Shown here in pieces: positions 49,472-62,993 of a stretch of 64,000 nt of DNA (positions within the stretch are counted from its first letter, which is position 1; each line of letters begins with the position of its first letter). The notes beneath the pieces were generated by a model that searched no databases, had not been told where the DNA came from, and worked only from the letters and a program-made list of their open reading frames with translations. The DNA lies in contig NC_135253.1 of NCBI RefSeq assembly GCF_964204865.1, positions 20,708,001 to 20,772,000 on the forward strand, read 5' to 3'. This stretch comes from Styela clava (lineage: Eukaryota). Both the position numbers and the translations under genes were made by a program.

Positions 49472-49873
49472 TGTACTCCCGTAGTATATGTACCAAGTTA
49501 GGGTTAGGCCATAATTTTATTCCGACCTTCCTTATTTTAGTTCTGTTACGAGTTCGGGGACTGCCTGAGTTAGCCAAGTGAATATACCCCTTGCCCATAG
49601 GTTTCAGTCCCTTTGCACAACTTGATGTAAAATAGGCAAACAAAATCAGTTACCTCCATATGGGCACACACAGTGGTGGGATTCAAACTTTTTGTCAGCC
49701 GGTTCCTTCACAAAAGTCATATTTTTCAGCCGGTTCTGTTACAAACAAAATATTGACAGTAACCAGTAATGTTAACCGGTTCGCTGATCTCATAAAATTC
49801 TGTGAGGCGGTTCTATAGAACCGGTGCGAACCGGCTGAATTGCACCACTGGGTACACATACTTCTGGGGCGCC
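49472..49873 (+). mobile_element. Merlin-like MITE type A interrupted by a hAT MITE
   Basis: TSD ctatattc/ctatattt; right TIR split by the insertion at 49671-49850. Confidence 0.85.
49671..49850. mobile_element. hAT-type MITE (180 bp), nested
   Basis: TIR CAGTGGTGGGATTCA / TGAATTGCACCACTG; TSD ggcacaca/ggtacaca; repeated internal CCGGTTC motifs. Confidence 0.85.
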
Positions 49874-50420
49874 CTATATTTTATAAAAACTACAATTTCG
49901 GAGTTTTGAAGGTTATCATACCACACCTAAATAAAGACAGATTAAAAAGTCGAAATTTATCTATAAGCTAAATCTACAAAACACATTTGGTATCTTAAAC
50001 CGTGCCCTGGTAAACGATTCACTAATCCTAAAATTAGTCACGATGAAGCAGATTTCCAATCATTCCCACGACTAGATAAAATAATTCTTTAATAACTCGG
50101 AAATAAATAATACTAAAATCTAGGTTGATAATTACACACAAGAATTTAATAAAATGTCACACTTCCTTTCGCAACAATAATAAACCAAGTGTGATAATTG
50201 GCTTGAAGTTAGAGTTATGAATATTTTAATTATAATAATTGGTGAAGTAAATGTTCGAAGTTATTTCGTATAATTTCTGGCAATAAATCTACGCACGGCT
50301 TTTAATAATTGATAGCAATTCGCAAATATCTGGGGCTTAATTATGAAATCATCAATTTGTCGGTTTAATGAACTATAACTATTTTATAAAAACTATCAGC
50401 AAATGAAAACTAGTGAAAAT

Positions 50421-50613
50421 GGCGCTCCAGAAGAGTGTGGACGTAAAAAATTTTGTTCGCCTACTTTACATCAAGTTGTGTAAAGGGACTGAAATCTATG
50501 GACAGATTCACTTGGCTAACACAGACAGCTCCTGAACTCGTTAAAGTATTAAATTGAGAAAAATCGGAATAAAATCATGGCCTAACCCTAACCTGGTACA
50601 CGCAGGGAATACC
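50421..50613 (-). mobile_element. Merlin-like MITE type A
   Basis: Both ends recognisable; small deletions. Confidence 0.75.
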
Positions 50614-51844
50614 GAACATGCATCTTACAACTAGTAAAAATAGAGAAATTTCAACTGTCAATACGAAAAGCCAAGCAATTTTTAAAATTCCCAATCCTGG
50701 CTATTAGCTTGTAAATTTCTGGTTTACAAAAACACACCGTGAAATTTTTAATCTGACTTCACTGCTTCTTACCCTACTACACAGATAGTTACTACAAAAA
50801 GGTGCCATTCTCAAATCCCTATCTTGACATTTTGCCAGCTGGCTGACTATTTTCATATCTCAAGGCCAAATTGCTAATGCTATTTATAAACTTAAATATC
50901 TGGTAATTTGATCTCAGCGATAAGGTAGAAGTGACGGACATTTAGATCAATGATAAAATCTTATAATCAATTTAATTATGGAAATGTCGTAGTTCACTAT
51001 CAATGCTCATAGATATACGCGGTGTCCAAAAAACAGAACCCAGATTTTTCTCAATTACTCTTACAAATTTGGGATAAAATATACTTGGAACTTTTCCAAT
51101 AACCCTTCTTATTTCGATAAGTTTTCTATTTCCTTTATTTGCTTGCTAATGCTGGAAATATTTTAAATCAAGTCAAATAATGGTGAATGCATTGATAAAG
51201 ATGAATAAAGAAAATATTTTTATTAGTGAGTGAAAGTACTCATATTTTAAATATCTGTTTTTGCATGATTGGGCTAACAGTTTTTGTAATTAAGGACGAA
51301 CAAAAGTTGTATTCACATCAGAATATGTTCCAAATGACCTCCGTGGTGCAAAATTATGGATTAAAACAGTTCTAGTGACCGATTGCTAACCAGATAATGG
51401 TATTATAAATTCTGCAACGTGAATCATTAGTTTACTATACTTGCGACATATTAGGGTTACTGTGGCTTTTTACCTTAATACTCTATAACTATCTTGGTCA
51501 TATCATTGCCTCGCTAAATATGATTTGAATAAATCTACTGACCGATTGGTATTTTAACCGGTGGTTATTTTAGGGTAACCTGCAAGGTTAAGCAAAAGTT
51601 AAGAGAAAATCATATTTATTGGAGCTTTTGTGTTTGCCTACAAGTTTATATCCATCCTAATTCATATATCTTGTCGGCAGGGCACTGTAACATTGTAAGC
51701 AGAAGATGATATATCAAGTCCAGGGTATGCAACCTGCGGCCGCGAGCTAAAATGACATGCAATCCCTTTTTTATAAGAAGGTTTACAACTTTAATCAGGA
51801 CAGGATCTGAAAGAGAGTTCACTGTTAGATCAGGCTACTTTAAT

Positions 51845-51858
51845 GTTGTCATGGTAAC
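51845..51858. promoter_or_regulatory. RFX X-box-like motif
   Basis: GTTGTCATGGTAAC, near-palindromic; motif match only. Confidence 0.3.
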
Positions 51859-52099
51859 GATCTGAGCAATGGAAACGCAGCAATTTCACATTCAAATCCC
51901 AACAATGCTCTGCTGCCCCCCAGTGGTTTTAATCACATAGCAAATTGACATAACTGTGGGGTATCGACAACACGGTACATTTTTGTTTTAATAATTTTAT
52001 TCAATTTCAATTTATGATCTTCTCTAACATACATGAATCTTAATTTTGTTTATAAGATTTTTGCATTATATTCAATATAAGTTTCCATATATATATATA

Positions 52100-52292
52100 C
52101 AGGATGTTCATACAGTCTCTTTACAATCTTAATTTTGTTATGAAGTCAGTTCTCAATATATCTTAACCAGGTTTGTTGTTTTTAAATCAGAAATTGTTTA
52201 AGTATTTTTAACAATAACATGGTATAAACAATATATGGTATCGATAAATTCCTTTGTAATTTCAAATTTTAAAAGACTTCATGGACACCCTG
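52100..52292. mobile_element. Tc1/mariner-type MITE (CAGGGTGTCCATAAAGTC family)
   Basis: TA-flanked; copies at 55637-55844, ~62010-62191 and ~43729-43936. Confidence 0.75.
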
Positions 52293-53294
52293 TATATTGA
52301 ATTAGGGCGAGGAGAACTGAGATGATATAAAAATCATTTTAAGTAATGAAAGAGCCTCATCAGTTTTTCTTTCTGTTCCTAGACAAGAAGTGGAACTATA
52401 AATTGATTTGGTGAATGATTGATTTGTTATTGATGGAAAATCACCCTTATTTTCAAACAAGGACTCAAGAATTTGGACTTCAACTTTTCTATACTCTGGA
52501 AGACATTAGGACTAGCATGATCCAATTAAAACTTTTGTACGTATAGATAGTTCATGAACTTTATCTGAAAATATTTATGAAACGTGAGGTGTTAGATCGT
52601 AACACTCACAGTTTAAACATAATATTGATATTTCGCTGAATATATATGTATTGAGCAAGCGCTAGCCAAGTTTGGCAAGAATCTGGCAAAGAGTCATATT
52701 AAATCAACAACGACAAAAACATCTATTCAAGCAATTAGTTAAAGATTGATTTTCACCCGTCACATGATATTTCAGCAGTAGCGTTACTTGCTCAAAGCTG
52801 ACACGATATTGAAATAAAGCATTACAGCTCTGATCATGTTCGAAGAGGACTTTTCAAAACGGTAGATTTTTGTTTGTTTAAGTTGACGTATTGTGTTACA
52901 ATGCCAAAAAAGTCGTAAAATTACTCTATTTTAAAGATATTCGTTCTACACTTTATTCAGAATTTTTTATTCACTAGTCCAGTAGTTAATTTGTGTGTGT
53001 GTGAAGTATGTGAAGTTACTATAGAGATAAATCTCTATAGAGATTTTTTTAGTTCCTATTTCCATGGATTAATCATAGACTACATTTATAATCATTAAAA
53101 GATAGGTTATGCTACCTCATTTTTATAATAGTATACTCAGTCTATTTAAACTGTATAGCTCGCAATGAAATCAGTTCATTATAGCAGTTTATAGTGTTTT
53201 ATGTTTTATGGGAAGAGTTAGATATAGAGATAGATATATGCCCCGATTGCTAATTTTAAGTGACCTATATCCGTGAGAGCTATAATAAAGGTAC

Positions 53295-53374
53295 GGTACT
53301 CCTGAAGTAAGCGCACCTGAACCCTAACCAGGTTCAGGTTGTGCGCCATCTTGGACGCATACTTCGGGAGGTCC
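53295..53374. mobile_element. Merlin-like MITE type C, 80-bp minimal form
   Basis: TSD aaaggtac/gaaggtac (7/8). Confidence 0.8.
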
Positions 53375-54128
53375 GAAGGTACTTTATTGACAGTGGGATT
53401 TGAGACATACCAATAAATTATTTGAAAATTTTACAATTGCTAATTTTAAGTCACCTGCTTCGAAGATGGCTATAAAGTTATCATATCAGAATTATGGGGC
53501 ATTTTTATGAGATAGTTGAGTGGAAGTTATATTTCAGACTTGGTAACATGAATTACAAGTAGCCTACTCTATTGGCAGAATTAGCTCTAAACTTTTTGTA
53601 CAGACGTTAAAATTTGTGACCGAAAATTGTACCAAATATTCGTATTACAGTTCTTTTCCTATATAGTCAGGTGCAAATATGGACAAATCGTAAAATAAAC
53701 CTCAAAACTATTAAGGTCGTTTTATGGAAAAAAACTTCCAAATTAGGGCCTATCATCCAAAATAAGAAATTAAGTGCGATCTGAAACAAACACTCGTGAG
53801 GTACGTATTCGGAGCGCAATCCGCATGTATTTACATGCTGAAAATACAAACAATACCAGATGTTGGTCTTAAGATTGCTACATGTTGAAGCTTGATATGT
53901 AATGACTGTATATTTATTTGCTCACATCAAAAAAGCTAAAATATTGGTTGAAGCTGGAACTAGCATTTGTTTTTGGTGAACCAAAAAGCTGTCATGTCCG
54001 ACGGCCAACAGCGTGATTGTCAATCTGACGCTGGTTTTATATTTCAATATTCATAACCAATGCTATGTAATAATTCAGCTGGGGTGTCTCGAGATAAATG
54101 GAACTCACTAATACGATTACCACTTTTG

Positions 54129-54222
54129 GGAGCTCCAGAAGTATGTGTACCAAAATGACGCACAACCTGAACATAGTATGTGTACCAAATTAGGGTTCTG
54201 ATTGTGCGCCATCTTGGCGCTC
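54129..54222. mobile_element. Merlin-like MITE type C, partial
   Basis: GGAGCTCCAGAAGTATGTGTACCAA...GCGCCATCTTGG. Confidence 0.7.
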
Positions 54223-54444
54223 AATTTTGTTGGTTTTATCCATTTTGGGAGTGCTCAATTATTTAAGTTAATTTTTAATCAAAATTTTGTTCGTGAATTA
54301 TTATAGCTTTACTATGGTAAAATTGTAAAGATAACAATTTGCAGCTCCACAAATAAAACGTAAATTAATAACCCTATTTTTTATATATTTAGAGTCAAAC
54401 ACAGAGTTGAATATAATTTAAAGTCATTCAATAACATATTCAGA

Positions 54445-54825
54445 ATGATGGATTCAACTATCGAATCCGACACTAATCCTCTACTACCAAAATCATCAAA
54501 CGTAAGCACTCCTTTGTATGGCGAAGGTCCCGGACGTTCAAGAAAGGCTCAACTATTCCAATACGGACTTGCTTTTATATGCACCTCAATGATTCTGATT
54601 AATTTTGGATTGGCAATATACCATGGAGTTACAGTTGGACATTATGGACTTATAACAACCCTGATGGGAACAAGCTTAGCTGGATTCGCCGTAGTGCAAA
54701 TAATTTTGATTATTCTCTTCCGCGCGGGGGAGGTAGAGATGGGTGCTTGGTTTATTTATTTTTTAGCATTAGCTCTCATTGTTCAATCGATTTTTGTCGA
54801 CATTCAATTTGGAAAACGTAAATAA
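54445..54825 (+). CDS. TMEM243: Transmembrane protein 243-like (DUF2678 family), 126 aa, single coding exon
   Basis: Three hydrophobic helices. PLYGE, LFRAGEVE and FIYFL align with the TMEM243 motifs PLFGE, WYRQGDLE and LIYYI as I recall them. AG acceptor near 54392; candidate AATAAA at 55331. Confidence 0.75.
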   Translation: MMDSTIESDTNPLLPKSSNVSTPLYGEGPGRSRKAQLFQYGLAFICTSMILINFGLAIYHGVTVGHYGLITTLMGTSLAGFAVVQIILIILFRAGEVEMGAWFIYFLALALIVQSIFVDIQFGKRK

Positions 54826-54939
54826 TATTTTGTCATTTTATGTTTACTTCCAGGTTGAATGTATAAAAAATAACTCCCGCCAGTCTTATACTATATTTCT
54901 TATTAATTTTTGAATATCAATATGCCAAATTGGTTCCAT

Positions 54940-55093
54940 TTGAAACCAATTTTGTTCGCCTACTTTACATCAAGTTGTGTAAGGGGACTGAAACTTATGG
55001 GCAGGGGGTATATTCACTCGGCTAACACAGTCAGTCCCCGAACTCGTAATATAAAAAAATTAGAAAAATCGGAAGGGAATTATGGCCTAACCC
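54940..55093 (-). mobile_element. Merlin-like MITE type A, partial, just downstream of the TMEM243-like stop
   Basis: Core of element in reverse orientation. Confidence 0.75.
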
Positions 55094-55636
55094 GTGAAGC
55101 TAATATTTTATTTCAATTTTAAACTCTTATATTTCCTGTTCAACATTGGATATCCAATTTATCACATAATGTGTGGATAACTTGGCTTTTTTTGGAACTG
55201 TTTAACTTCCTGTCAACTTCAATCAAAGTTTTCAAACAATGACTAAGGCGCTTGGAGCTAATATGCTTATTTGAATTATAATATTTCATGATTGACATAG
55301 TATATATATCTAATTTATTACATAATGTGTAATAAACCTAGCTTTATCTTGAACTGTTTAACTTGCTGAGTATTGACTGTAAAAGTTATATTTTGATGTA
55401 TGATTCAATCGTACTTGTGATTGGTATGACAACTCAAATATAAGCTGCAAATTGTTCACTATTTGGTCAGATAACTTTTATTATTCATTGAATCTTATTT
55501 TCTGCCTTCTTTTATGTCTTGTATCCCTAGTGCTTATTTATTGTTAATATTTTGATTATTATTTTGTGAAACGAGGAGAATGATGATAATAGTGTTTGGT
55601 TTTACTTGTCTTCTTGCCCTCTTCCTGTTTCTGTCA

Positions 55637-55844
55637 CAGGGTGTCCATAAAGTCGCTTTACAATTTCAATCTTGTTATGAAGTCAGTTCTCAATATATAT
55701 ATCTTAACCAGGTTTGTTGTTTCTAATCAGTAACTGTGTAAGTATTTATACTTTATTTAATAAATCTGTGAGGAACAAAACTATACACGGTATCGATAAA
55801 TTTCCTTTGCAATTTAAAAAAATCAAGATTTTATGGACACCCTA
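55637..55844. mobile_element. Tc1/mariner-type MITE (CAGGGTGTCCATAAAGTC family)
   Basis: CAGGGTGTCCATAAA / TTTATGGACACCCTA. Confidence 0.75.
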
Positions 55845-56029
55845 TATTAATAATATTATATACATCTTATATTAATGATATTTAGATCTGTTATTATCTA
55901 AAATAAAACTAGTGATTTTAAAAGTGTTTGATGCTTATTGTCCAGATTAATTGGCGCAGATTTTAGGCCATCTCGGCGAACCGGGAATGTTTTCTTACGT
56001 TTTCTTTTGATTATTTTTACATTGCCGTT

Positions 56030-56365
56030 TTTTATTGTTTTGATTGACTTCCAGCAATTGGATAATGTACGTAGCTGTTGTATCGCCAGTTTACCGAAGA
56101 CTCACAGATTCGGTTTTTAATTTCAAGTGTATTGAGCACATCTGTGTGTGTTTTCGTGTCGGTTATCATGAGCTTTTGTATTAATCGTGTGTGTTTTTAC
56201 ATCGCCGTGTTTTGTGGCTTTGATTGACTCCCAGCAGACGCAAACGGGTACGTAGCTGTTTTCTCGCCTTTTCCCAGAAGACTTACAGATTTGGGCTTTT
56301 GGTTTCAAGTGTATTGAGCACATCTGACATTTGTTTGTTTTTCGTGTATGTTTTACATCGCTGTG
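56030..56365. repeat. ~180-bp direct repeat x2
   Basis: TTGATTGACT.CCAGCA...GTACGTAGCTGTT...TTTCAAGTGTATTGAGCACATCTG occurs twice. Confidence 0.75.
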
Positions 56366-56759
56366 AATTAAACTGTCTAATTCAATATAGTCTTTGTCGT
56401 GAACTTCTGTTTTGTCAAAATAGATATTCAAAAAATTTAAATGAATATCTTACGGTATAATTGATCATCTTGTTTTATTAAGAAATTTAATATTTGTACT
56501 GTGCATATGATTTTTGTTTATAGAAATAAAAACATCGGTATCTTGTTACAGTGACTCATTTTATTTTTACTGCGATGGACTATCTCGAATATATTAAGTG
56601 AAATGTAGTAGGCCGTTCATGACTTGAGTTGCGTTAAAATAAGTATAAACAATAACTCAGTATGCAGTGGGACCCTTTGACCAAGTTTGGTTCTATAAAA
56701 GGAAAAACTAACAAAATAAATTGGCAGCCGATCAACGTCTTGCAATTGAGATATAATAT

Positions 56760-57311
56760 ACGAATATATTTGGCGGATCGGCTGGAAGACCCATTGCCGC
56801 AGAAATATTTTCTGATGGGACAAAAACGTATTTAAAATTATTATAGAGTTATTGAGTGATAAATCTATTAATTTTTCTTGTGGTAGCAATGAATGATTAA
56901 GCTGTTTTTTACAATTGAGTCGAAAGAATTTTTCGTTCGAAAGACTGGATACAATTGTCACAGTTTTGGATGTCGCAATTAAAATTAATCTGAGCTCAAT
57001 TAAAAACCATTAAATCACTGCTGATTTTCGTATCACTTACTTCTGTGGGAGAAGCTTTTCGTCGTTACCTCTCATCAAGATTAAATACATCGTGTGAAAG
57101 TCAACGCTCTACTTTGCCTTGCAGAAACTTCATCGGAACCGCCGCATGATATCGGAGAGACAGCACCAAATTTTTCTTTAAATTGAATTGTCTGCTTTTG
57201 AGTTGCATACTATCTTATTACATTCGTTTAATTATGCATTCTGTTCTTGATATTTTCCGTTGGATGTACAGGTTCATCGGCCCGCAAATTAAAAAAGGTT
57301 GAGAACCACTG
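56760..57311 (+). pseudogene. Decayed hAT Buster (ZBED5/FAM200-like) transposase 3' end with right TIR
   Basis: Fragments WLEDP, LSQFWMS, KTIKSLLIF, TYFCGRSFSSLPLIKIKY (family consensus ~TYLCESGFSxLxxIKTKY); end AAAAAGGTTGAGAACCACTG. Confidence 0.7.
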
Positions 57312-57683
57312 GTTTAGAGGGAACGAATCTCTTAAGTCTAATCAATTTTTAAGATCCTGTTTTGATATTTGAGAAGTTCAAACCATTCAATGCCAACATG
57401 ATCAGGTTTAACAGTTGAACCAATCGCCGACACGAATATTTTCGACATCGTTATATTCCGTTCCACGTTTCGCTCACTTCACACTCAGTAAAGGCCAATA
57501 ATTATGATTGATCTACTGATGCAAAACTGCGAAAGATTTCCCGAAGTTTCACAGATAGTTATTTAATTGTGATTGATGGACCACTACAAAGAATGTGGGT
57601 TGCATAACGAATTTTTAAGAATTTTCATCCCTGGAATATCATTTTGGCCTAAATAATTTGAGTTTTTCCCGTCATGTTTCAAA

Positions 57684-58003
57684 GAAGGAGTGTGCAACCT
57701 TAATACAGGAGAGCCAGATACAAATAACTGGGTGAAACCGCGGCCACACCTTTATTTAACATAAGCTTTCTAGTAGTTGCAGGCACAAAAATATTGGTTA
57801 TTGATCTTATGACATGTGTTGTTCGCTTCGCACAAGCTAGCTGTTGGGCATTGTTAGGGATTGGAATTACTCGAGCCTACTAGATTAAACTAAATTAAAA
57901 ACTTGTTTCGCGGGCCCCACACTATTCAAAATTGGCCCTTCTCCGCGGGTTGCCAAATTTTTCCTTGTGGACCGCATTTGGCACCGCAGGTTGCACACCA
58001 CTG
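57684..58003. mobile_element. hAT-type MITE (CAGGGGTGTGCAAC family)
   Basis: Shares CCAGATACAAATAACTGG and GCAGGTTGCACACC with 1998-2283. Confidence 0.75.
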
Positions 58004-58299
58004 TTTTATCAATTCGTGACAAAGTCTTTGTACATTTTGTATAAATCCGTTAAAACTCGCTACTAAAAATGACTAAAAATGACTTTTCAGGACTATTTAT
58101 GTAATTTATGTAGTATTGATACTACGCTGACGTGTTGAATTGTAGTTGCCAATCGGCCACTTGAATGAACTTCCCATCAGGTCCTATAAGTCGACACAAT
58201 ATAGTCAGCAAGTTTGATAACAAGGCATCTAGGAAGGGTGTGTGTATTGACAGTAAATCGCGTGTCCAAAATTATTGTACGAATGAAATACTAGAAAAT

Positions 58300-58511
58300 G
58301 CGAAAGTTTGTGTACCAATATAGAGATAATTAATTTTGCTCGCCTACTTTACATCGAGACCATCAAGTTGTGTGAAGGGACCGAAACCTATTGGTAGGGA
58401 TATATTCACTTGGCTAACACAGACAGTCCCCAAACTCGTAATAGAACTAAAATAAGGAAAATCAAAATAAAATTATGCCCTAACCCTAACCTGGTACATA
58501 CACTACCGTAG
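58300..58511 (-). mobile_element. Merlin-like MITE type A
   Basis: Near-full-length copy with CCCTAACCCTAACC. Confidence 0.75.
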
Positions 58512-59234
58512 ATGCAACATTATCTGGGTGAGGTTATGAGAATAAGTTCAGACAAAAACTGAGTTATATTCGATGTAATGTAGTCATGTAATTGTGTCGT
58601 TTTTAGTCAAAAATACTCGGTGAAATAAAAATAAATTGCATTTGATATACTTGACTATTGTATTATTATTAACGATACTACATTCAGCACGGGATCGTAT
58701 TCAAATGTTCTGAAGTACTTCGCAATTCCCCTTAACAGCACTACTTCTGAAGTTAACCATACATGCTGAATTTAAGTGGTTTGGGGTATAGTCTATATAT
58801 TATGTTTGCCAATCTGCACGCACCTTGAAAAGCTCTCCTTCCCGACTTATTTCCCGCCATAAGAAGAAGAAAAACGTGACATGATCATGGACATATTTAT
58901 ATTAATTCAATAAAGAAAGAGTTACATTCGCTACAATTTACTATTCTAATATATTTGATAATACTATGAGATGTACAAAATTATATTCAAATATGGACAA
59001 TATCACTACTTCAAAAGTAAACCACGCATGCTAAGTTATGGGTTGTTTGAGGCAGGATATGCAATGATCGATAACTTTGGGTCACACATCACATATTGTC
59101 CTTCGATAAAACTTTATGCTGAAATATTCTGTTCAAAATAAAAAACAAACATTTTGCGTGGTTCTGTTCCGAATAAAACTGACGAGTTTGGCGAAAAAAG
59201 TATCGACCCCTTCTGATTCATTTAACAAGTATGC

Positions 59235-59585
59235 AAGAACAATACGACTAAGCGCACAAACACTGTAGTGTTTTATTCATTCTGTATCTCATTTGAGAAG
59301 TTTTTGAAAACAACCCACGTTGGGACAAGATTTTGTTGTAAGTATTTAACAACAATATACGATTCTGCGCACAAACATGGCAGAATTTTATATATTTTGT
59401 ATTCTCATTCTAGAAGTTTTTGAAAACAAACTAAAAATGGAACAAGATTAATCATTCATAAAACCATATCACGCTGTTGTGTGTATTTAATAACGATACG
59501 ACAGGGCGCGCAAACAGCAGAATTTTATACATTTTGTATCTCATTCCAGAATTTTTGAAAACAATCCCGAGTTGGAACAAAATTT
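59235..59585. repeat. Tandem repeat x3 (~115-140 bp)
   Basis: ATACGA....GCGC.CAAACA...TCTCATT..AGAA.TTTTTGAAAACAA three times. Confidence 0.7.
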
Positions 59586-61227
59586 ATAGTGTTTATACGT
59601 CTACAAATTTAGGTTGGGCGTAAAGGTTGAAAAGCATTTTTCAGCATTATATGAATGTGAGCGTATAACATCATTTCAATTACACGGATAATGCAATGAA
59701 CATATTAACCTTTCAGGTTTTTCGTTGATTAAATAATTGATTTGATTATTAGCCAATTTTCATTACAAAGATAATGTAAATCGCAAAATATTTGATTTGT
59801 TGCGACTTGCAACACGTTGAAATTAGGCAAATTAATTTCTTGACGTGTTTCGTTATTCCATCGTTCGATACAAGGCTCCACACAATTGTGTACTAATACT
59901 GATAGTTTACATATTAGGATTTTCTTGGTTAGTCATAGCCTATTCAAATAAAAACAAAAGATCTGAGAAAAATGACTAATAAATTTTATGGTGTGTTTTA
60001 TATAGTACTTCGCTCAGGGGACTCGGGGAAGGAGACCGATATTGATAGTTTAGGCATAAGGGCAGAAAATTTTATAGTTTTGCGTAGCCAACTTCAAATT
60101 AAAACAAATACCCTTTACGTTGTTCTGTTAAGAATGCTAACCCACGGGTATTTGGGTGCAATTGAACCCCTAAATTTTTATGCGGAACAGGACTATTGTA
60201 TTTTATAGCCAGTTTTCCGCATCATCGCATACCGTTTTAGATTTTTTAGAGTCGGTCGCATTTTAAATGTCTGTGTAAATAGGCACAGTATCTAATTAAA
60301 ATTCGTCTCATTTGAGCAAGTGATGCAAGGACAGGCACAGGGAAATTATTGCTTTAGTGATAATAAAGTAGAGTAAATGAGGAATTTAATATTTTTAATT
60401 GTTGATGACATTAGGGCTCTGTCGTGGATGATATGTCAGCAACGTTTTATATTTCTTTCATTTATAGTTTTTAGAATTAAACTTATGTAGATTAATGTAG
60501 GTGTGTTGAATTGTTGGGAAATCTATCCTCATGATAGCATTTTTTCCTAGAGGTCTATTTGTGACTTTACTCTGTTTTAGTGGATTCAGTTGTAGTTTTA
60601 AATTCACCTTACGTTGACTAAAGTAGCTGCCAAATTTACCTCTTTAATAGCTCAACGCTACGGCTTAATAGCTTAATTTAATCAGTAAGGTATTGGAAGG
60701 TATTGTCAGGTATGGAAAATAATGTCTTTCGTAATAAAAAAGTAAATCAAATGAAAAATATATATTTTAATTATTGTTAACGTTCAAGTATTTTAATCGC
60801 AACTCCATACAGGAAAGTTTTATTTGAGACCCACTAAGTATTATCATACTCAGTTGTAGTTTCAAATTAAACGTAGATTGACTAGATAGAGTTGGACTGT
60901 TCAAGCGGGGGGAAATTTACCTCTATAAGAGCAGCTATTCCGAGAGCTTCATTTGTGACTTTACCCAGTTAAAGTTAGGAATAAATTTATATATAAAGAC
61001 TTGATCAAGTTTGTAAACTAGAAGTAACTTTGAGCAAGAACAACTTAGCAGATTGCAACTATCTATGTTGCGTTTTAGATAATATTATGCTACATTGAGT
61101 TCTTTCCATTTTTTATGGCACTGTGAAAAAAAATTCCGTATACATAATTCTGTGAGGGAAAATTTCGCTTTTAAAATTACCCAAGCAGTAAACGACAGAA
61201 TATAGGTTATGAACACTTAGACTAGAG

Positions 61228-61511
61228 CAGTGGTTCCCAAACTGGGGGTAATTACCCCCAAAGGAGCAATGTGCCATTTTAAAGGGATAATTCAGACGTT
61301 CGCTATCGTTTGACATTACAGAAACAGTACCACACTTTTTACTGAGATTGAATCCGGAGGTGGTTCTTCTGTTCAGAGATTTTTATGCTCTCGATGTTGT
61401 CAAAAGATTAAATAAATTACGAGCTGACAATTTTATTTTTATGGAAGGGGTAATTAGAGGTATGGTAATTTGATTTAAGGGTAACGATATTAAAAAGTTT
61501 AGGAACCACTA
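61228..61511. mobile_element. hAT MITE
   Basis: CAGTGGTTCCCAAACT / AGTTTAGGAACCACTA; TSD gactagag/gagtaaag (6/8). Confidence 0.7.
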
Positions 61512-62212
61512 GAGTAAAGAGGAAAAGTTCTCAAAAATAAAGTAAGGTTCCGCAAAGAAAGGTTTCGTATCAATGCAGAACAACAAAGTTAATAAAGCAC
61601 AGCAAATAAACCTGTACCATTTGAGATAAAACAATAAAGTTAACTGAATAATATAAAACAAATTATCTGTGTATTGCTTAAATGGGTCTGAATGCATATT
61701 CAGTTGACTGTATTATATGTTCCATTAGTGTATGAACATGAAAGGCTGTATATCACAATTTTGGCTGTATATGTACATGGTGTTATCAACACCACTCAAG
61801 TAATTATAACACCAGCGAAAATGTAGCATCACTACTTCAATACCACAATGCAAAGACGGTTCAGTGATTTGTAGATCACTATGAGATGCATTGAACAACG
61901 TTGTAGGGAATGCCATGCTCTGTATTGAGTTTTACCTGAATAATTTGAAGGGTTTCAATCAGAGAGTCATTGGTTTCACGGAATATTCAAATTAGTTGAA
62001 TTAGCCGTAAATTACAATTTCGATTTTGTTATGAATTCAGTTCTCAATATATTTTAACCAGGTTTGTTGTTTTTTAATCACGAATTGTACAAGTACTTTT
62101 ATTTAATACATCCGTGAGGGCCAAAACAATATATGGTATCGATAAATTCCATTTGCAATTTTGAAACATTTCAAGCCTTATGGACATTCTATATATCACA
62201 CACAAAGTATGG

Positions 62213-62323
62213 GGTGCTCCAGAAGTATGCGCACCATGATGTCGCACAAACTGAATCCTAACCGGTACACACATACTATGTTTAGGTTGTGCGCCATCTT
62301 GGTGCGCATACTTCTGGAGGTCC
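62213..62323. mobile_element. Merlin-like MITE type C
   Basis: Perfect 8-bp TSD AAGTATGG. Confidence 0.88.
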
Positions 62324-62979
62324 AAGTATGGTTTATAGACTCGTGTTCACTCGAGAAAGGATTGAAATTGGTTTCCGCAGAAGGAAACAAACACGAAATG
62401 AAGTTTAAGCCTTTTTCTGTATAGTCGAAAACGATTAAGCATCATGTTTGTTTTGTGTAAGTGTGGCCCAGCGTGACGAATATTAGTTAAGTTTTACAGC
62501 ACGCAATCCGAAACGCTCAAAGTCAGTCAATAATCCAATTCTCACTCTAATTTGCATAAGTTGATGATTGTGACTTTTATATCGAGTCCCTCAAATTGCA
62601 AAGAATTTTGCAACAAAATACACAGTTTTTATATTTCTCTCAATTTTGTTTCACCGACATTTAAATCGATAGAAGAAGTTCAAAATTTTGCAAAGGTGTC
62701 GTTTAATCGATTTTATAAACTCACTAATATTGGGTATTGGGAGTCAATGGTTTATTTTAACACATGCCAAAAGTACACATGGTACATACAGAATTGGGAT
62801 AGAAAAAAAGCATTTTAGTGTGAAGTGAGACGCAATAAACCAGTGATGGTTATCGAGCAGATGAGAAAGTCGAACATAGAATACTAACTAAATCCGAACT
62901 TTAAGATACGTTTGGGCGACATGATATTTCAATGTCGCTCGTTGGAAAGTAGGCAAAGACCCCGGACACGACAGGCGAG

Positions 62980-62993
62980 GTAACCATGGCAAC
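62980..62993. promoter_or_regulatory. RFX X-box motif
   Basis: GTAACCATGGCAAC matches GTNRCC-N2-RGYAAC; motif match only. Confidence 0.35.

Noticed and set aside
53019-53046. Palindrome AAATCTCTATAGAGATTT
   Set aside because: Short and AT-rich, with no supporting context.
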